Source of the DNA: Nanobdellota archaeon
GTDB taxonomy: Archaea; Aenigmatarchaeota; Aenigmatarchaeia; QMZP01
Assembly: GCA_043814765.1 (NCBI GenBank)
Contig: JBDRJQ010000020.1
Span: 3,028 to 67,027 of the forward strand
Reading direction: 5' to 3'
Length of the DNA: 64,000 bases
The translations under genes were made by a program, and so were the position numbers. The notes below the pieces were generated by a model. That model saw only the letters and a list, made by a program, of their open reading frames with translations. It was not told where the DNA came from and made no database searches. The stretch's first letter is position 1. The number at the start of each line of letters is the position of its first letter. This document shows positions 27,776 to 36,620 of the stretch, one piece after another.

Positions 27776-27875
27776 GTCTAAGGACTTCCATAGCATTGTT
27801 TGGGGTTTCCCATATAGCACAATAATAGGATGTGTAGAGGAGTGATGACTTGTATAGTCATTTTTTAAAATAGAG

Positions 27876-28373
27876 GTGATTGTATTGTTTAGCAGAAATA
27901 AAGAAAAGCTTTCTTCTAGGTCTAATGTTGCCTGTTTTGTTGACGGTCCTAACATAATAAGGAAAGAGTTTAATCTGGATTTAGATGAGCTTCGCAGAAC
28001 AGCTCAGAAATACGGAAGAATAATTGTAGGAAAAGTTTTTCTCAATCAGCATGCTTCGGATAAATTAATAGAGGCCATAGCAAATCAGGGATTTGAACCG
28101 ACGGTTATGCTGAGTGGTGAAACAGATCCTGATGTTGATGTTGCTCTTGCTGTTGCAGTAGTTGAAGCGGCATATAATAGTGACATAGATATCATAGTAA
28201 TAGGATCAAGAGATGCTGATTATCTGCCTGCAATTCAGGCTGCAAAGAAGCGCAACAAGAAAGTTGTTGTTATGGGCACAGAACCAGGCTTCTCAAAAGC
28301 GCTTCAGCATTCTGCTGATTATGTTGAGTTTCTAAGAGGAAGATCCAGTCCTCCAAAAAGGAGCTTCAATTAA
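27876..28373 (+). CDS. NYN (LabA-like) domain protein
   Basis: Contains ACFVDGPNI...DVDVALAV...IVIGSRDADYLPA. The start is GTG. Confidence 0.7.
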   Translation: MIVLFSRNKEKLSSRSNVACFVDGPNIIRKEFNLDLDELRRTAQKYGRIIVGKVFLNQHASDKLIEAIANQGFEPTVMLSGETDPDVDVALAVAVVEAAYNSDIDIIVIGSRDADYLPAIQAAKKRNKKVVVMGTEPGFSKALQHSADYVEFLRGRSSPPKRSFN

Positions 28374-28405
28374 TCTTATTAAACGTGCAAACTTTAACTA
28401 TTAAC

Positions 28406-29320
28406 ATGAAAAAAGCAGTTATTGCTCTTGGCGGGAACGCTTTTTTAGAAAGGGGTCAGAAAGGGACTTTTGAAGAGCAGGTAGAAAATCTGCAAAAAGC
28501 TTCTAAGGAAATTGTTAAGCTAATCAAATCTGGATGGGACATAACAATTACTCATGGTAATGGTCCTCAAGTCGGTGCTATTCTTCTTCAACAAGATACT
28601 ACCAAAGAGGTTCCAAAAATGCCAATGTATATCTGCGGGGCAGAAAGCCAGGGACTCATGGGTTACATGATATGCGAGTCCTTGGGGAATGAGATGCGAA
28701 AGAACAAAATAAATAAAGATGTTGTTAACATAATGACGCGCGTTGTTGTTGACAAAAATGATCCTGCTTTCAAGAACCCGGAAAAAGCAGTAGGACCATC
28801 ATACAAGTCTTCAGAAGGCTTGCCTAAAGACTGGACTATAAAGAAAACCTTCCGCGGTTTCAGACGTGTTATAGCATCACCAGAACCCAAAGAAATAATG
28901 GAAGCAGATGCTATAAGAGACGCCTCAAAAAACGCGGTTGTTGTTGCGTGTGGCGGTGGAGGAATACCTGTTGTAAAAGATGGCAGAAGTATCAGAGGCA
29001 TTGATGCTGTTATAGACAAAGACAAGGCATCAGAGCTTCTTGCCCGCAAAATAGGAGCTGATACACTAATCATACTCACAGATATTAATTCTCTGTATCT
29101 AAACTGGCGCAAAGAGAATGAACAAAAACTAGATGCAATTACATTAAAAGAAGCAAAAAAATACTACAAAGAAGGACATTTCCTTGCCGGTTCAATGGGA
29201 CCAAAAATGGAAGCTGCTATAAAATTTTTAGAGAACGGCGGTAAACAAGTCGTAATTTGCCTTTTTGAAGATCTAGAGAAAGCTCTGGAAGGTAAAGCAG
29301 GCAGTATTGTTAAGAACTGA
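28406..29320 (+). CDS. arcC: carbamate kinase
   Basis: Contains MKKAVIALGGNAF, ITHGNGPQVG, ACGGGGIPV and DKDKAS. Confidence 0.85.
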   Translation: MKKAVIALGGNAFLERGQKGTFEEQVENLQKASKEIVKLIKSGWDITITHGNGPQVGAILLQQDTTKEVPKMPMYICGAESQGLMGYMICESLGNEMRKNKINKDVVNIMTRVVVDKNDPAFKNPEKAVGPSYKSSEGLPKDWTIKKTFRGFRRVIASPEPKEIMEADAIRDASKNAVVVACGGGGIPVVKDGRSIRGIDAVIDKDKASELLARKIGADTLIILTDINSLYLNWRKENEQKLDAITLKEAKKYYKEGHFLAGSMGPKMEAAIKFLENGGKQVVICLFEDLEKALEGKAGSIVKN

Positions 29321-29337
29321 TTTTTAGGAAGCGTTAG

Positions 29338-29370
29338 TTTTTGGATAAGACCTTTTTTCAAAAGATTTTA
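29338..29370 (+). repeat. dispersed hairpin repeat between convergent arcC and ftsZ
   Basis: GTTTTTGGATAAGACCTTTTTTCAAAAGATTTTA. Confidence 0.6.
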
Positions 29371-29428
29371 TGAGGAGAGGCGGGAAAGGCAACCGAGCCT
29401 CGATTACCTTTCACCAATCTCTTTATAC

Positions 29429-30676
29429 TCATTTTCCTATTACAGGAATTCCAAGATCCTTTGCGAATTCATCTCTGTGTGCAGCTTCTTCTTGTGCCAG
29501 GGGACCCAGTATGTATGGCGATTTTATTCCCGTGACAATTGTTATAACTCTTATCTTGCCCTTGAATGTTGGGTCAATTCTTGAACCCCATATAACCTGT
29601 GCCTCTGGATCAAGTTGTCTTGATACATATTCTCCTATTAAATTCACTTCATCAAGTTTTAGATCCTCGCCGCCCGTTATGTGTATCAAAGCACCTGTTC
29701 CACCTTCGTAGTTAACTTCCAAGAGCGGGTTTGCCATAGCCCTTGTTACAGATTCTTCTGCTCTGTTCTTTGTGTCAGATTCTCCGAAACCAACGCTTGC
29801 AACTCCGCCTGAGTGCATTATCGTTCTGACATCTGCATAATCCAGGTTTACAAGTGATGGTGTTGCGATTGTTTCTGTAACACCTTTTATTATTGTTGAT
29901 ATCAAATTGTCTGCTACACCAAAAGCCTGCTGAAGTGGCAGGTCGCCAGCTATCTTCAACAATCGGTCATTCTCTATTACCATAACAGTATCACAGACCT
30001 GTCTTAAGTGGTATAAACCATCTTCTGCTTTTCCCATTCTAGCTCCTTCTATCTTAAATGGTAATGTTACACAACCGATAACAATTGCTCCCATATCTTT
30101 GGCTATCTGAGCTATTACTGGTGCAGCTCCTGTACCTGTTCCGCCACCAAGACCGCAAACAAGATACAGCATGTCACATCCTTCAAGTATCTTCTTCAGC
30201 TGTTTTTCGCTTTCTTCTGCAGCTTTTTTGCCTGTTATAGGATATCCTCCTGCTCCAAGACCTCTTGTAAGTTCTCTTCCTATAAGAACTTTCTTATCGC
30301 TTTTACTGATGCTTAAATGTTTTGCGTCTGTATTAACAGCAATTGTATCAGCTCCTTTTACTCCCATTTCTGTTAGCCTTGTTACACAGTTGTTACCTGC
30401 ACCGCCAACGCCAAGAACAAGTATCTTTGCTTGCAAGTTTTCAAGGCCAAACTCATCCATTATATCCTGATCTGCATTCTTTGGTGTCTCGTTTGGAACC
30501 ACGTAAGCAGCTGGCTCTCCTGCAGATATTTCATTTGAATAACTGAAAGAATTTGCTTTCTGTGGCTCTATGTTTGTTTCTTGGACACGCTCAACCGGTG
30601 AATATCGTGTTGGTTCTCTTACCGGTTCAATATTTTTTACTTCATTTTCAAATACTCTTTGTATGATCGAATCCAT
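29429..30676 (-). CDS. ftsZ: cell division protein FtsZ
   Basis: Contains GVGGAGNN and the tubulin signature GLGGGTGTGAAPV. Confidence 0.92.
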   Translation of the reverse strand: MDSIIQRVFENEVKNIEPVREPTRYSPVERVQETNIEPQKANSFSYSNEISAGEPAAYVVPNETPKNADQDIMDEFGLENLQAKILVLGVGGAGNNCVTRLTEMGVKGADTIAVNTDAKHLSISKSDKKVLIGRELTRGLGAGGYPITGKKAAEESEKQLKKILEGCDMLYLVCGLGGGTGTGAAPVIAQIAKDMGAIVIGCVTLPFKIEGARMGKAEDGLYHLRQVCDTVMVIENDRLLKIAGDLPLQQAFGVADNLISTIIKGVTETIATPSLVNLDYADVRTIMHSGGVASVGFGESDTKNRAEESVTRAMANPLLEVNYEGGTGALIHITGGEDLKLDEVNLIGEYVSRQLDPEAQVIWGSRIDPTFKGKIRVITIVTGIKSPYILGPLAQEEAAHRDEFAKDLGIPVIGK

Positions 30677-30689
30677 TTTTTCACCTCTC

Positions 30690-31010
30690 CTCTTATATTA
30701 AAAGACGACTATACACAATCATTGTAAGTCGTCAACCATTCGGAAGCGGAAACAGACGGACGACCTTAGCCAATCGGTTTAAGTCGTCATGCTGTTCGCT
30801 CCTTTTGGATAAAACCTTTTTCTAAAAGGTTTTATATACTGTAAAACATATTTTCCAGTTCGGAATTGCATTTAAATACGTTCAACCAAGTATATACATA
30901 AAACTAGAATTGTATCAAGTTCCCCAACTTGATGACCAAATTCATTGATATTCAATAAACGTTTATTCGATCCCCATCGAATGCGCGTCTGTTTCTGATA
31001 CCCTAAAACC
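30690..31010. ncRNA. candidate structured RNA or structured ftsZ leader (unclassified)
   Basis: No ORF is present. GAAACAGACG (about 30749..30758) is exactly complementary to CGTCTGTTTC (about 30986..30995). Several local hairpins lie between them (GACGAC...GTCGTC twice, TTCGAT-CCCC-ATCGAA, ATCAAGTT-CCCC-AACTTGAT). Confidence 0.3.
30799..30834 (+). repeat. dispersed hairpin repeat, best copy (12-bp stem)
   Basis: CTCCTTTTGGATAAAACCTTTTTCTAAAAGGTTTTAT. Confidence 0.7.
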
Positions 31011-31054
31011 TTACAAACATTGTAGTTATTATTAGATTTTTTGGTATATAAAGC

Positions 31055-31651
31055 TTAAAGGGACATAGCCTTGTTTTTATCCTTCAGCCATAAACCGAAG
31101 TCCCTAAATATCGGTTCTTTTTGCACTCTCCAACTCATATATTCGTCATATTCTTTGTCTGTCATTTCTGCAAGGGTTTTATTAAATGTTTCAGGTATAA
31201 AGATTGAGTGGAGCTTGGACCAGCTGCGTTTGTGAGAACTGCCCCTAGATTGTTCCGAAGCTGTTCCGTTTATATTGCTTTCGAAAAATATTGGTTCCTT
31301 GAGGCTACCATCAATGTAAGCTAGAACGTTCTTGAACTTGCAAGACCTGTCTTCCCCTTCAATTAGCTTGAGCAGACCTTCCAACCCGAGACCTTGAAGC
31401 GCGTGGTTTGTGAACGGGCCAGGAAAGTCCTTCCACTTTTTCAAATAAAATCCCGCATCGTGCACTATCAGCGGTTTCTTGAGAATTTCATAAGCCTTTA
31501 TTGCCTTTTCTCTCGCTATCTCCATTATGTCATAGCTTCTCGGTTCAGGAATATCAATGTCTTTCTGTACCAACTGTATGTTGAATTCGGAAAGCTCCTT
31601 CTGAGCTGTCAGGAATTTCCCGTTGTTTCCAGTGACAAAAAAAATTTCCAT
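31055..31651 (-). CDS. non-canonical purine NTP pyrophosphatase (Ham1/ITPase)
   Basis: The N-terminus is MEIFFVTGNNGKF, with EPRS...EIAREKA further on. Confidence 0.8.
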   Translation of the reverse strand: MEIFFVTGNNGKFLTAQKELSEFNIQLVQKDIDIPEPRSYDIMEIAREKAIKAYEILKKPLIVHDAGFYLKKWKDFPGPFTNHALQGLGLEGLLKLIEGEDRSCKFKNVLAYIDGSLKEPIFFESNINGTASEQSRGSSHKRSWSKLHSIFIPETFNKTLAEMTDKEYDEYMSWRVQKEPIFRDFGLWLKDKNKAMSL

Positions 31652-31725
31652 AATTAATGTAATTAATGTGAGAGTTATAATTGTTACATTAAACTATATT
31701 TAAAGCAACAACACAAATTGGTCTT

Positions 31726-32130
31726 ATGGGATATGAAGAACTGCTCTCAAGGGCTATGAAGAAGGTGCCTGATAAAACAGGTAGCGGTGAGAGGTTTGAA
31801 ATGCCTAAATCAAAGATGCTGAAGCAGGGCGTGCGCACAATTTTCATCAATTTTAACGAGGTTATCAGCAAGCTCAGAAGGGATCAGAAACATTTCCTGA
31901 AGTTCCTTTTAAAGGAACTTGCCACGTCATTTGAAGAGAGGGACGGCAAGATGATTTTTCAGGGCGTTTTCACAGAGGAACAGGTAAACAGGAAGATTGA
32001 ATCTTACGTGAAACATTTTGTAATATGCCCTAAGTGCAGCAGGCCTGACACAAAGATAGTCGAAGAGGGAGAATCAGCGTTCCTAGTTTGCGAAGCTTGT
32101 GGAAACAAACAACAAATAAAGAAGGTGTGA
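31726..32130 (+). CDS. translation initiation factor aIF2 subunit beta
   Basis: Contains YEELLSRAMKKVP...RFEMPK and the Zn ribbon CPKCSRPDT...CEACG. Confidence 0.85.
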   Translation: MGYEELLSRAMKKVPDKTGSGERFEMPKSKMLKQGVRTIFINFNEVISKLRRDQKHFLKFLLKELATSFEERDGKMIFQGVFTEEQVNRKIESYVKHFVICPKCSRPDTKIVEEGESAFLVCEACGNKQQIKKV

Positions 32131-32132
32131 AC

Positions 32133-32543
32133 ATGAAATATAAATTCATAGAAGACCTTACTTCTGATGTAATGTTTGAAGCATACGGTAAGGATCTTAA
32201 AGAACTGTTTCAAAATGCAGCAGAAGCCATGTTCAGTGTTATCTGCCAGATGGATAAAGTGAGACCAAAAAAAAGCATGGAAATAGAAGCTGAAGCCAAT
32301 TCTAAAGAAGAGCTTATGATAGCATGGTTGCAAGAGCTTATCGCTGCAGTGGATACAAAGGAGATGTTTTTCTCAAAATTTGAGATTACAGAGATAGATG
32401 AAAAACACATCAAAGCAAAGGTTTATGGTGAAGATGCTGATCCGACTAAGGGTGAAACAGTAGTCAAAGCCGTTACTTACTATAAATACAAACTAGAAAA
32501 AACACCAAAGGGATTTGTTACAAGGGTTAGTTTGGATATATAA
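32133..32543 (+). CDS. archease (RtcB activator)
   Basis: The sequence runs MKYKFIEDLTSDVMFEAYGKDLKELFQNAAEAMF...KAVTYYKYKLEK. The internal ATG is preferred over the track start at 32088. Confidence 0.8.
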   Translation: MKYKFIEDLTSDVMFEAYGKDLKELFQNAAEAMFSVICQMDKVRPKKSMEIEAEANSKEELMIAWLQELIAAVDTKEMFFSKFEITEIDEKHIKAKVYGEDADPTKGETVVKAVTYYKYKLEKTPKGFVTRVSLDI

Positions 32544-32568
32544 AATTTGGTTTCTAATCAGTTTTATG

Positions 32569-33705
32569 ACTGAAAAGGGAAGATGTCTCGCTTCTCAAGA
32601 AATACGAGAAATGATAAAGAGAAAGAAGATTGTTTCTTCTGGTAAGATTGACAAGAAACAAATAAAACCATCAACATTCGAACCTACAGTTGGTGAAAAC
32701 GTATTTGTCATTACAGACAGCAATTTATTCCGTCCTGCAAACGGTGAAAGAGTAGAGGAAGCATTGGCAAGACTTAATAAAAGCGACATAAAGGAGTATG
32801 ATATAAGAGATGGATTTGATTTGCATGTGGGATTTTCGTATCTCTTTCCTCTTAGAGAAAGACCTATACTTGACCCACTTAAAAATGAAAGAATAAGATC
32901 TTCAACAAGAAGCAGTTTCGGAAGAATGTTCTATAATATACGCACATTGAGCAGTGGAAATTCTCGTTACGAAACACTTTTTCCTGGGCATGAAGCAACA
33001 GAATTGGATCTCTGGTTATTTGTTCAGCCTCAGGCTTTCAATGGCATAATTCGTACAGGAGACTCTCTAACACATTCTAAAATTCTTACAGGCTACGATC
33101 CAAGACTAACAGATGCTGAAATAAAGGATGCTGTAGAAAATAATCCAATTCTTTGGGATAAGTATGATGAAGGGAAACAGGCAGACCATGTAATTGATGA
33201 AGGGTTAGAGCTTAATCTAGATTTATTAGGATGGGGCAAAGAAGGTATAGTAGCCCTAAAAACCAAGAAGAATCCTGAGGAAATAGATTTTCGCGAAATA
33301 GGTAAATATGAACCATTAGAATTTTTTGAACCTGTAAGAATAGATAGTTATGGAGGCATTTCAATAGGCAATGAACACTGTTTATTCTCATCCTGGGAAT
33401 ATTTAACTGTTCCAGAGAACATGAATGCAGAGCTTGTAGCGCATTCACCAGTTGGTTTTATAGGACCGCTGCATCGTGCAGGTTTTGTAAACAATGGTCA
33501 TAAAGGACCTTTAGTTTTTGAAATAACACCGTATGAAACAGTAAACATACATATGAGAAGGGGCATGAAAATGCCTATAAGTTATCTTAACTTTTATAGA
33601 ACAGCGATTCCAGATGTATCATACAGCAAGACAGGATATTTTCATGAACAAAGAGGCATCTGCCTACCAAAACAATTCAAACAAATAGATTGGGACAACC
33701 TTTAG
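32569..33705 (+). CDS. 2'-deoxycytidine 5'-triphosphate deaminase (DCD) family-like protein, long form
   Basis: Collinear with my recollection of the roughly 360-aa DCD-like family: IKPSTFEPTVG (vs IQPASLDLRLG), TRSSFGRMFYNIRT (vs PKSSTGRLDIFTRV) and IIRTGDSLTHSKI. The start is taken at MTEKG. Confidence 0.55.
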   Translation, partial: TEKGRCLASQEIREMIKRKKIVSSGKIDKKQIKPSTFEPTVGENVFVITDSNLFRPANGERVEEALARLNKSDIKEYDIRDGFDLHVGFSYLFPLRERPILDPLKNERIRSSTRSSFGRMFYNIRTLSSGNSRYETLFPGHEATELDLWLFVQPQAFNGIIRTGDSLTHSKILTGYDPRLTDAEIKDAVENNPILWDKYDEGKQADHVIDEGLELNLDLLGWGKEGIVALKTKKNPEEIDFREIGKYEPLEFFEPVRIDSYGGISIGNEHCLFSSWEYLTVPENMNAELVAHSPVGFIGPLHRAGFVNNGHKGPLVFEITPYETVNIHMRRGMKMPISYLNFYRTAIPDVSYSKTGYFHEQRGICLPKQFKQIDWDNL

Positions 33706-33766
33706 AACATATGCAGTGATGAAGAGCGAATTACTATTTAAAAGCCCAAGAAATAAAATTGATACT

Positions 33767-35173
33767 ATGAAAGAAAAGCTAAAACAGGTCAACGATTTCG
33801 AATGGCTTCTACCAAAAAACTCCCGAGACAAAATGACTGTTGATGCAAAGATAATAGCCAACAAAAAAATTCTTGATGTCATTGAAGATGACGCAGTGCA
33901 GCAACTAACAAATGTTGCAACGCTTCCTGGCGTTGTTTCACCTGTTGTTGGTTTACCTGATATGCACTGGGGATACGGTCTGCCAATGGGAGCTGTGGGC
34001 GCTTTTGACGCAGAAGAGGGCATTATATCTGCAGGTTTATGCGGGTTTGATATAAACTGCGGCATAAATCTTATTCGCACCAATCTCACTGTAAAGGAAA
34101 TCAGACCAAAACTCAGAGAATTGGTTCCTGCTTTATTTGATGCCATTCCAAGCGGTGTGGGAGCAAAAAGCAAGCTTAGACTCACGCCAAAGGATCTAGA
34201 TGACGTTCTAGTTAATGGTTTAGATTGGGCCCTAGAAAAGGGCTACATAACAAAGCAAGATAAAGAAAACACAGAAGAGAAAGGCGTAATGAAAGGAGCT
34301 GATACTTCCAAAGTAAGCGATATGGCAAAAAAGCGCGGAATACCGCAGCTAGGCACTCTGGGAGCAGGAAACCATTTTCTTGAAGTGCAGGAGATAAGTG
34401 ACATTATTGATAAAAAAACTGCAAAAAAATGGGGAATCACAGAACCAGGACAAGCTATGATAATGATTCATTGCGGATCTCGCGGCCTTGGTCACCAAGT
34501 CGCTTCTGATTATCTTAAAATTCAGGAACAGGCTGTAAAGAAATATAAAATATGGCTTCCTGACCAGCAGCTAGCATGTGCGCCTGCTAATTCCCCAGAA
34601 GGCAAGGATTTCTATGATGCTATGAGAGCAGCTGTTAATTATTCTTTTACGAACAGAGCTGTTATGACTGGATGGCTTCGCGAAGTTTTTGAAAAAGTCT
34701 TTAATCGTTCATGGGAAGACATGGACATGCAGACATTATACGCAATTGCCCATAATATTGTGAAGCTAGAGGATCATAAAGTCAATGGCAAAAAGAAAAA
34801 ACTTTATATTCACAGGAAAGGCGCCACAAGAGCTTTCCCTGATACGCCTGTTATAATAGCAGGTTCCATGGGCACTTCCTCTTATCTTCTCAAAGGAACA
34901 GAAGAAGCACTAAAAAAGACTTTTGGTTCTTCTGCTCATGGAGCAGGAAGAGCCATGAGTAGACATGCAGCTATTAAAAAATACAGAGGAGATGTCATAC
35001 AGAAAGAGCTTGAAAAACAGGGAATAATATCAAAGGCAACGCATCCTAGAAGCTTTGCTGAAGAAGCACCTAATGCTTACAAGGATGTGGAGTCTGTTGT
35101 AGACAGTGTTCATGGTGCAGGGATATCAATAAAGGTTGCTCGCATGGTACCATTAGGAGTAATAAAAGGTTAA
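33767..35173 (+). CDS. rtcB: RNA-splicing ligase RtcB
   Basis: Contains GLPDMHWGYGLPMG, GFDINCG, GAGNHFLEVQ, HCGSRGLGHQ, HRKGATRA and SSAHGAGR. Confidence 0.92.
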   Translation: MKEKLKQVNDFEWLLPKNSRDKMTVDAKIIANKKILDVIEDDAVQQLTNVATLPGVVSPVVGLPDMHWGYGLPMGAVGAFDAEEGIISAGLCGFDINCGINLIRTNLTVKEIRPKLRELVPALFDAIPSGVGAKSKLRLTPKDLDDVLVNGLDWALEKGYITKQDKENTEEKGVMKGADTSKVSDMAKKRGIPQLGTLGAGNHFLEVQEISDIIDKKTAKKWGITEPGQAMIMIHCGSRGLGHQVASDYLKIQEQAVKKYKIWLPDQQLACAPANSPEGKDFYDAMRAAVNYSFTNRAVMTGWLREVFEKVFNRSWEDMDMQTLYAIAHNIVKLEDHKVNGKKKKLYIHRKGATRAFPDTPVIIAGSMGTSSYLLKGTEEALKKTFGSSAHGAGRAMSRHAAIKKYRGDVIQKELEKQGIISKATHPRSFAEEAPNAYKDVESVVDSVHGAGISIKVARMVPLGVIKG

Positions 35174-35174
35174 T

Positions 35175-36086
35175 ATGGTTATTGCTTATCTGAGTATGAT
35201 TAAACCAGTGAAGGCTTTGATTCCACTTATAGCTGTATTCTTTGGAGGCTTACTGGTTATAGGATGGGATTTTCAACATTTATCAGGCTATTCTCCATTG
35301 TATCCTGCGCTGTTAGCTGTTTTTCTCATAGCCGGTGGCGGAAACATAATAAACGATTATTTTGATGCAGAATCAGACAGAATAAACCATCCAAAAAGAC
35401 CAATACCTTCTGGAAAAGCGTCAAGGCGTGGAGCTTTAGTTCTATCAGCTATGTTCTTTTTAGCAGGAGTATTATTTGCAGCTTTCATAAACTGGCCAGC
35501 TTTTATTATAGCTGTTGTTAACAGTTTACTTTTAGCTCTTTATTCCTCCCAGCTGCAGAACAAAATATACACAGGTAACATATTAATAGGTTATCTTATC
35601 GGTTCATCTATTTTATTTGGTGGCATAGCAATGAACAATGTAGTTCTTCCTATATGGCTTGGTTTATTGTTGGGATTATCAGTAATTTCTCGTGAGATGA
35701 TAAAGGATTTGGAAGATGCAGAGGGTGATAGAAAAAGTATTTTAAAACGGCTGGCATCAAAATTCAGAAAAGCGTCAACACCAATAACAGAGAAATTTGG
35801 TATTCCTAGTAAAAGTGTTGAAGTGAAAGTGAACAAGAGAATAACCATTTTGTTATCAGCTGTATCATTAATGGCAGCTGTTGTGATATCACCAATGCCT
35901 TATATCTTTGGCGTGCTTGGTTTCAATTATCTTATGGCTATAATACCTGCAGATATAGTTCTCTTCTTTACGGTTTATCAGTTAAACAACATAAACGGCA
36001 AAGCAAATTATCGAACAGTACAGAAGATGATTAAACTGGGAATATTACTCACTTTGATAGCGTTTATTGTCGCTATCTGGTTTTGA
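35175..36086 (+). CDS. UbiA-family prenyltransferase, digeranylgeranylglyceryl phosphate synthase-like
   Basis: Contains NDYFDAESDRINHPKRPIPSG, a second Asp-rich motif KDLEDAEGDR and multiple TM segments. Confidence 0.75.
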   Translation: MVIAYLSMIKPVKALIPLIAVFFGGLLVIGWDFQHLSGYSPLYPALLAVFLIAGGGNIINDYFDAESDRINHPKRPIPSGKASRRGALVLSAMFFLAGVLFAAFINWPAFIIAVVNSLLLALYSSQLQNKIYTGNILIGYLIGSSILFGGIAMNNVVLPIWLGLLLGLSVISREMIKDLEDAEGDRKSILKRLASKFRKASTPITEKFGIPSKSVEVKVNKRITILLSAVSLMAAVVISPMPYIFGVLGFNYLMAIIPADIVLFFTVYQLNNINGKANYRTVQKMIKLGILLTLIAFIVAIWF

Positions 36087-36116
36087 TTTATTAAAATAAA
36101 ATCTATTAATTTTCAT

Positions 36117-36309
36117 GGCCCTGTATTTTAACGGATAGAATGTGACCTTGCGGTAGGCTCTTGTCTCCAATAACATGGAACAAGAGACATCTCTCATTCA
36201 GAATAATGGGAGATGAGATTTTCCTCAGGGCAAAATCCTAGGGAAAATAGGAGGCTAAGGCCTTCCCTGCGAAGAGGTTGTGATCTGGGTTCGAGTCCCA
36301 GCAGGGCCA
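36117..36309 (+). tRNA. tRNA-Arg(GCG) with 121-nt intron at 37/38
   Basis: Acceptor is GGCCCTG/CAGGGCC, T arm is CTGGG-TTCGAGT-CCCAG and anticodon stem is TGACC/GGTTG. The pre-tRNA forms a canonical BHB: TTGC[GG^T]AGG ... CCT GCGA[AG^A]GGTTG. The intron is 36154..36274. Confidence 0.78.
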
Positions 36310-36359
36310 CTGAACATAAAAAGGAAAGCTTTATATACTTATTGTTATAAATATATAAC

Positions 36360-36381
36360 ATTGTGTTAGAAAAACACAACA
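36360..36381 (+). promoter_or_regulatory. inverted repeat upstream of the XRE regulator gene (possible operator)
   Basis: ATTGTGTT-AGAAA-AACACAAC lies about 35 nt upstream of the ATG at 36414 and is preceded by an AT-rich TATA-like stretch. Confidence 0.25.
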
Positions 36382-36413
36382 ATATATGATATATAATTAA
36401 CATTAGTGATTAG

Positions 36414-36620
36414 ATGAAAACCAGAATAAAGGAATTCCGAGCGCGCCACAACATGACGCAGGAAGATTTAGCAAGAAAAGTAGATGTTAGAAGAGAGACT
36501 ATTGTGTTTTTAGAGAAGGGAAAATACAACCCTTCTCTGAAACTAGCTCATGAAATTTCTAAAGCTTTGGAAGCGAAGATAGAAGATATATTTATCTTCG
36601 AGGATGAATATATACTATGA
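36414..36620 (+). CDS. XRE-family helix-turn-helix transcriptional regulator
   Basis: [48 protein letters not shown] is a classic HTH_3 pattern. Confidence 0.8.
   Translation: MKTRIKEFRARHNMTQEDLARKVDVRRETIVFLEKGKYNPSLKLAHEISKALEAKIEDIFIFEDEYIL

Noticed and set aside
10545-30834. Possibility that the recurring hairpins are a CRISPR array
   Set aside because: The copies are kilobases apart in different intergenic regions and introns. They are not regularly spaced with short spacers, and no cas genes are visible.
30690-31010. Calling this region specifically SRP RNA or RNase P RNA
   Set aside because: I could not find the conserved motifs by eye (GGAAAGUCC and ACAGAA..GGCUUA for RNase P; the helix-8 GGAA/AGCA context for SRP). 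Only a generic structured-RNA candidate is reported.
36194-36403. 69-aa minus-strand ORF
   Set aside because: It lies antisense within the intron and 3' exon of tRNA-Arg(GCG) and its AT-rich flank, and has no RBS or family signal.
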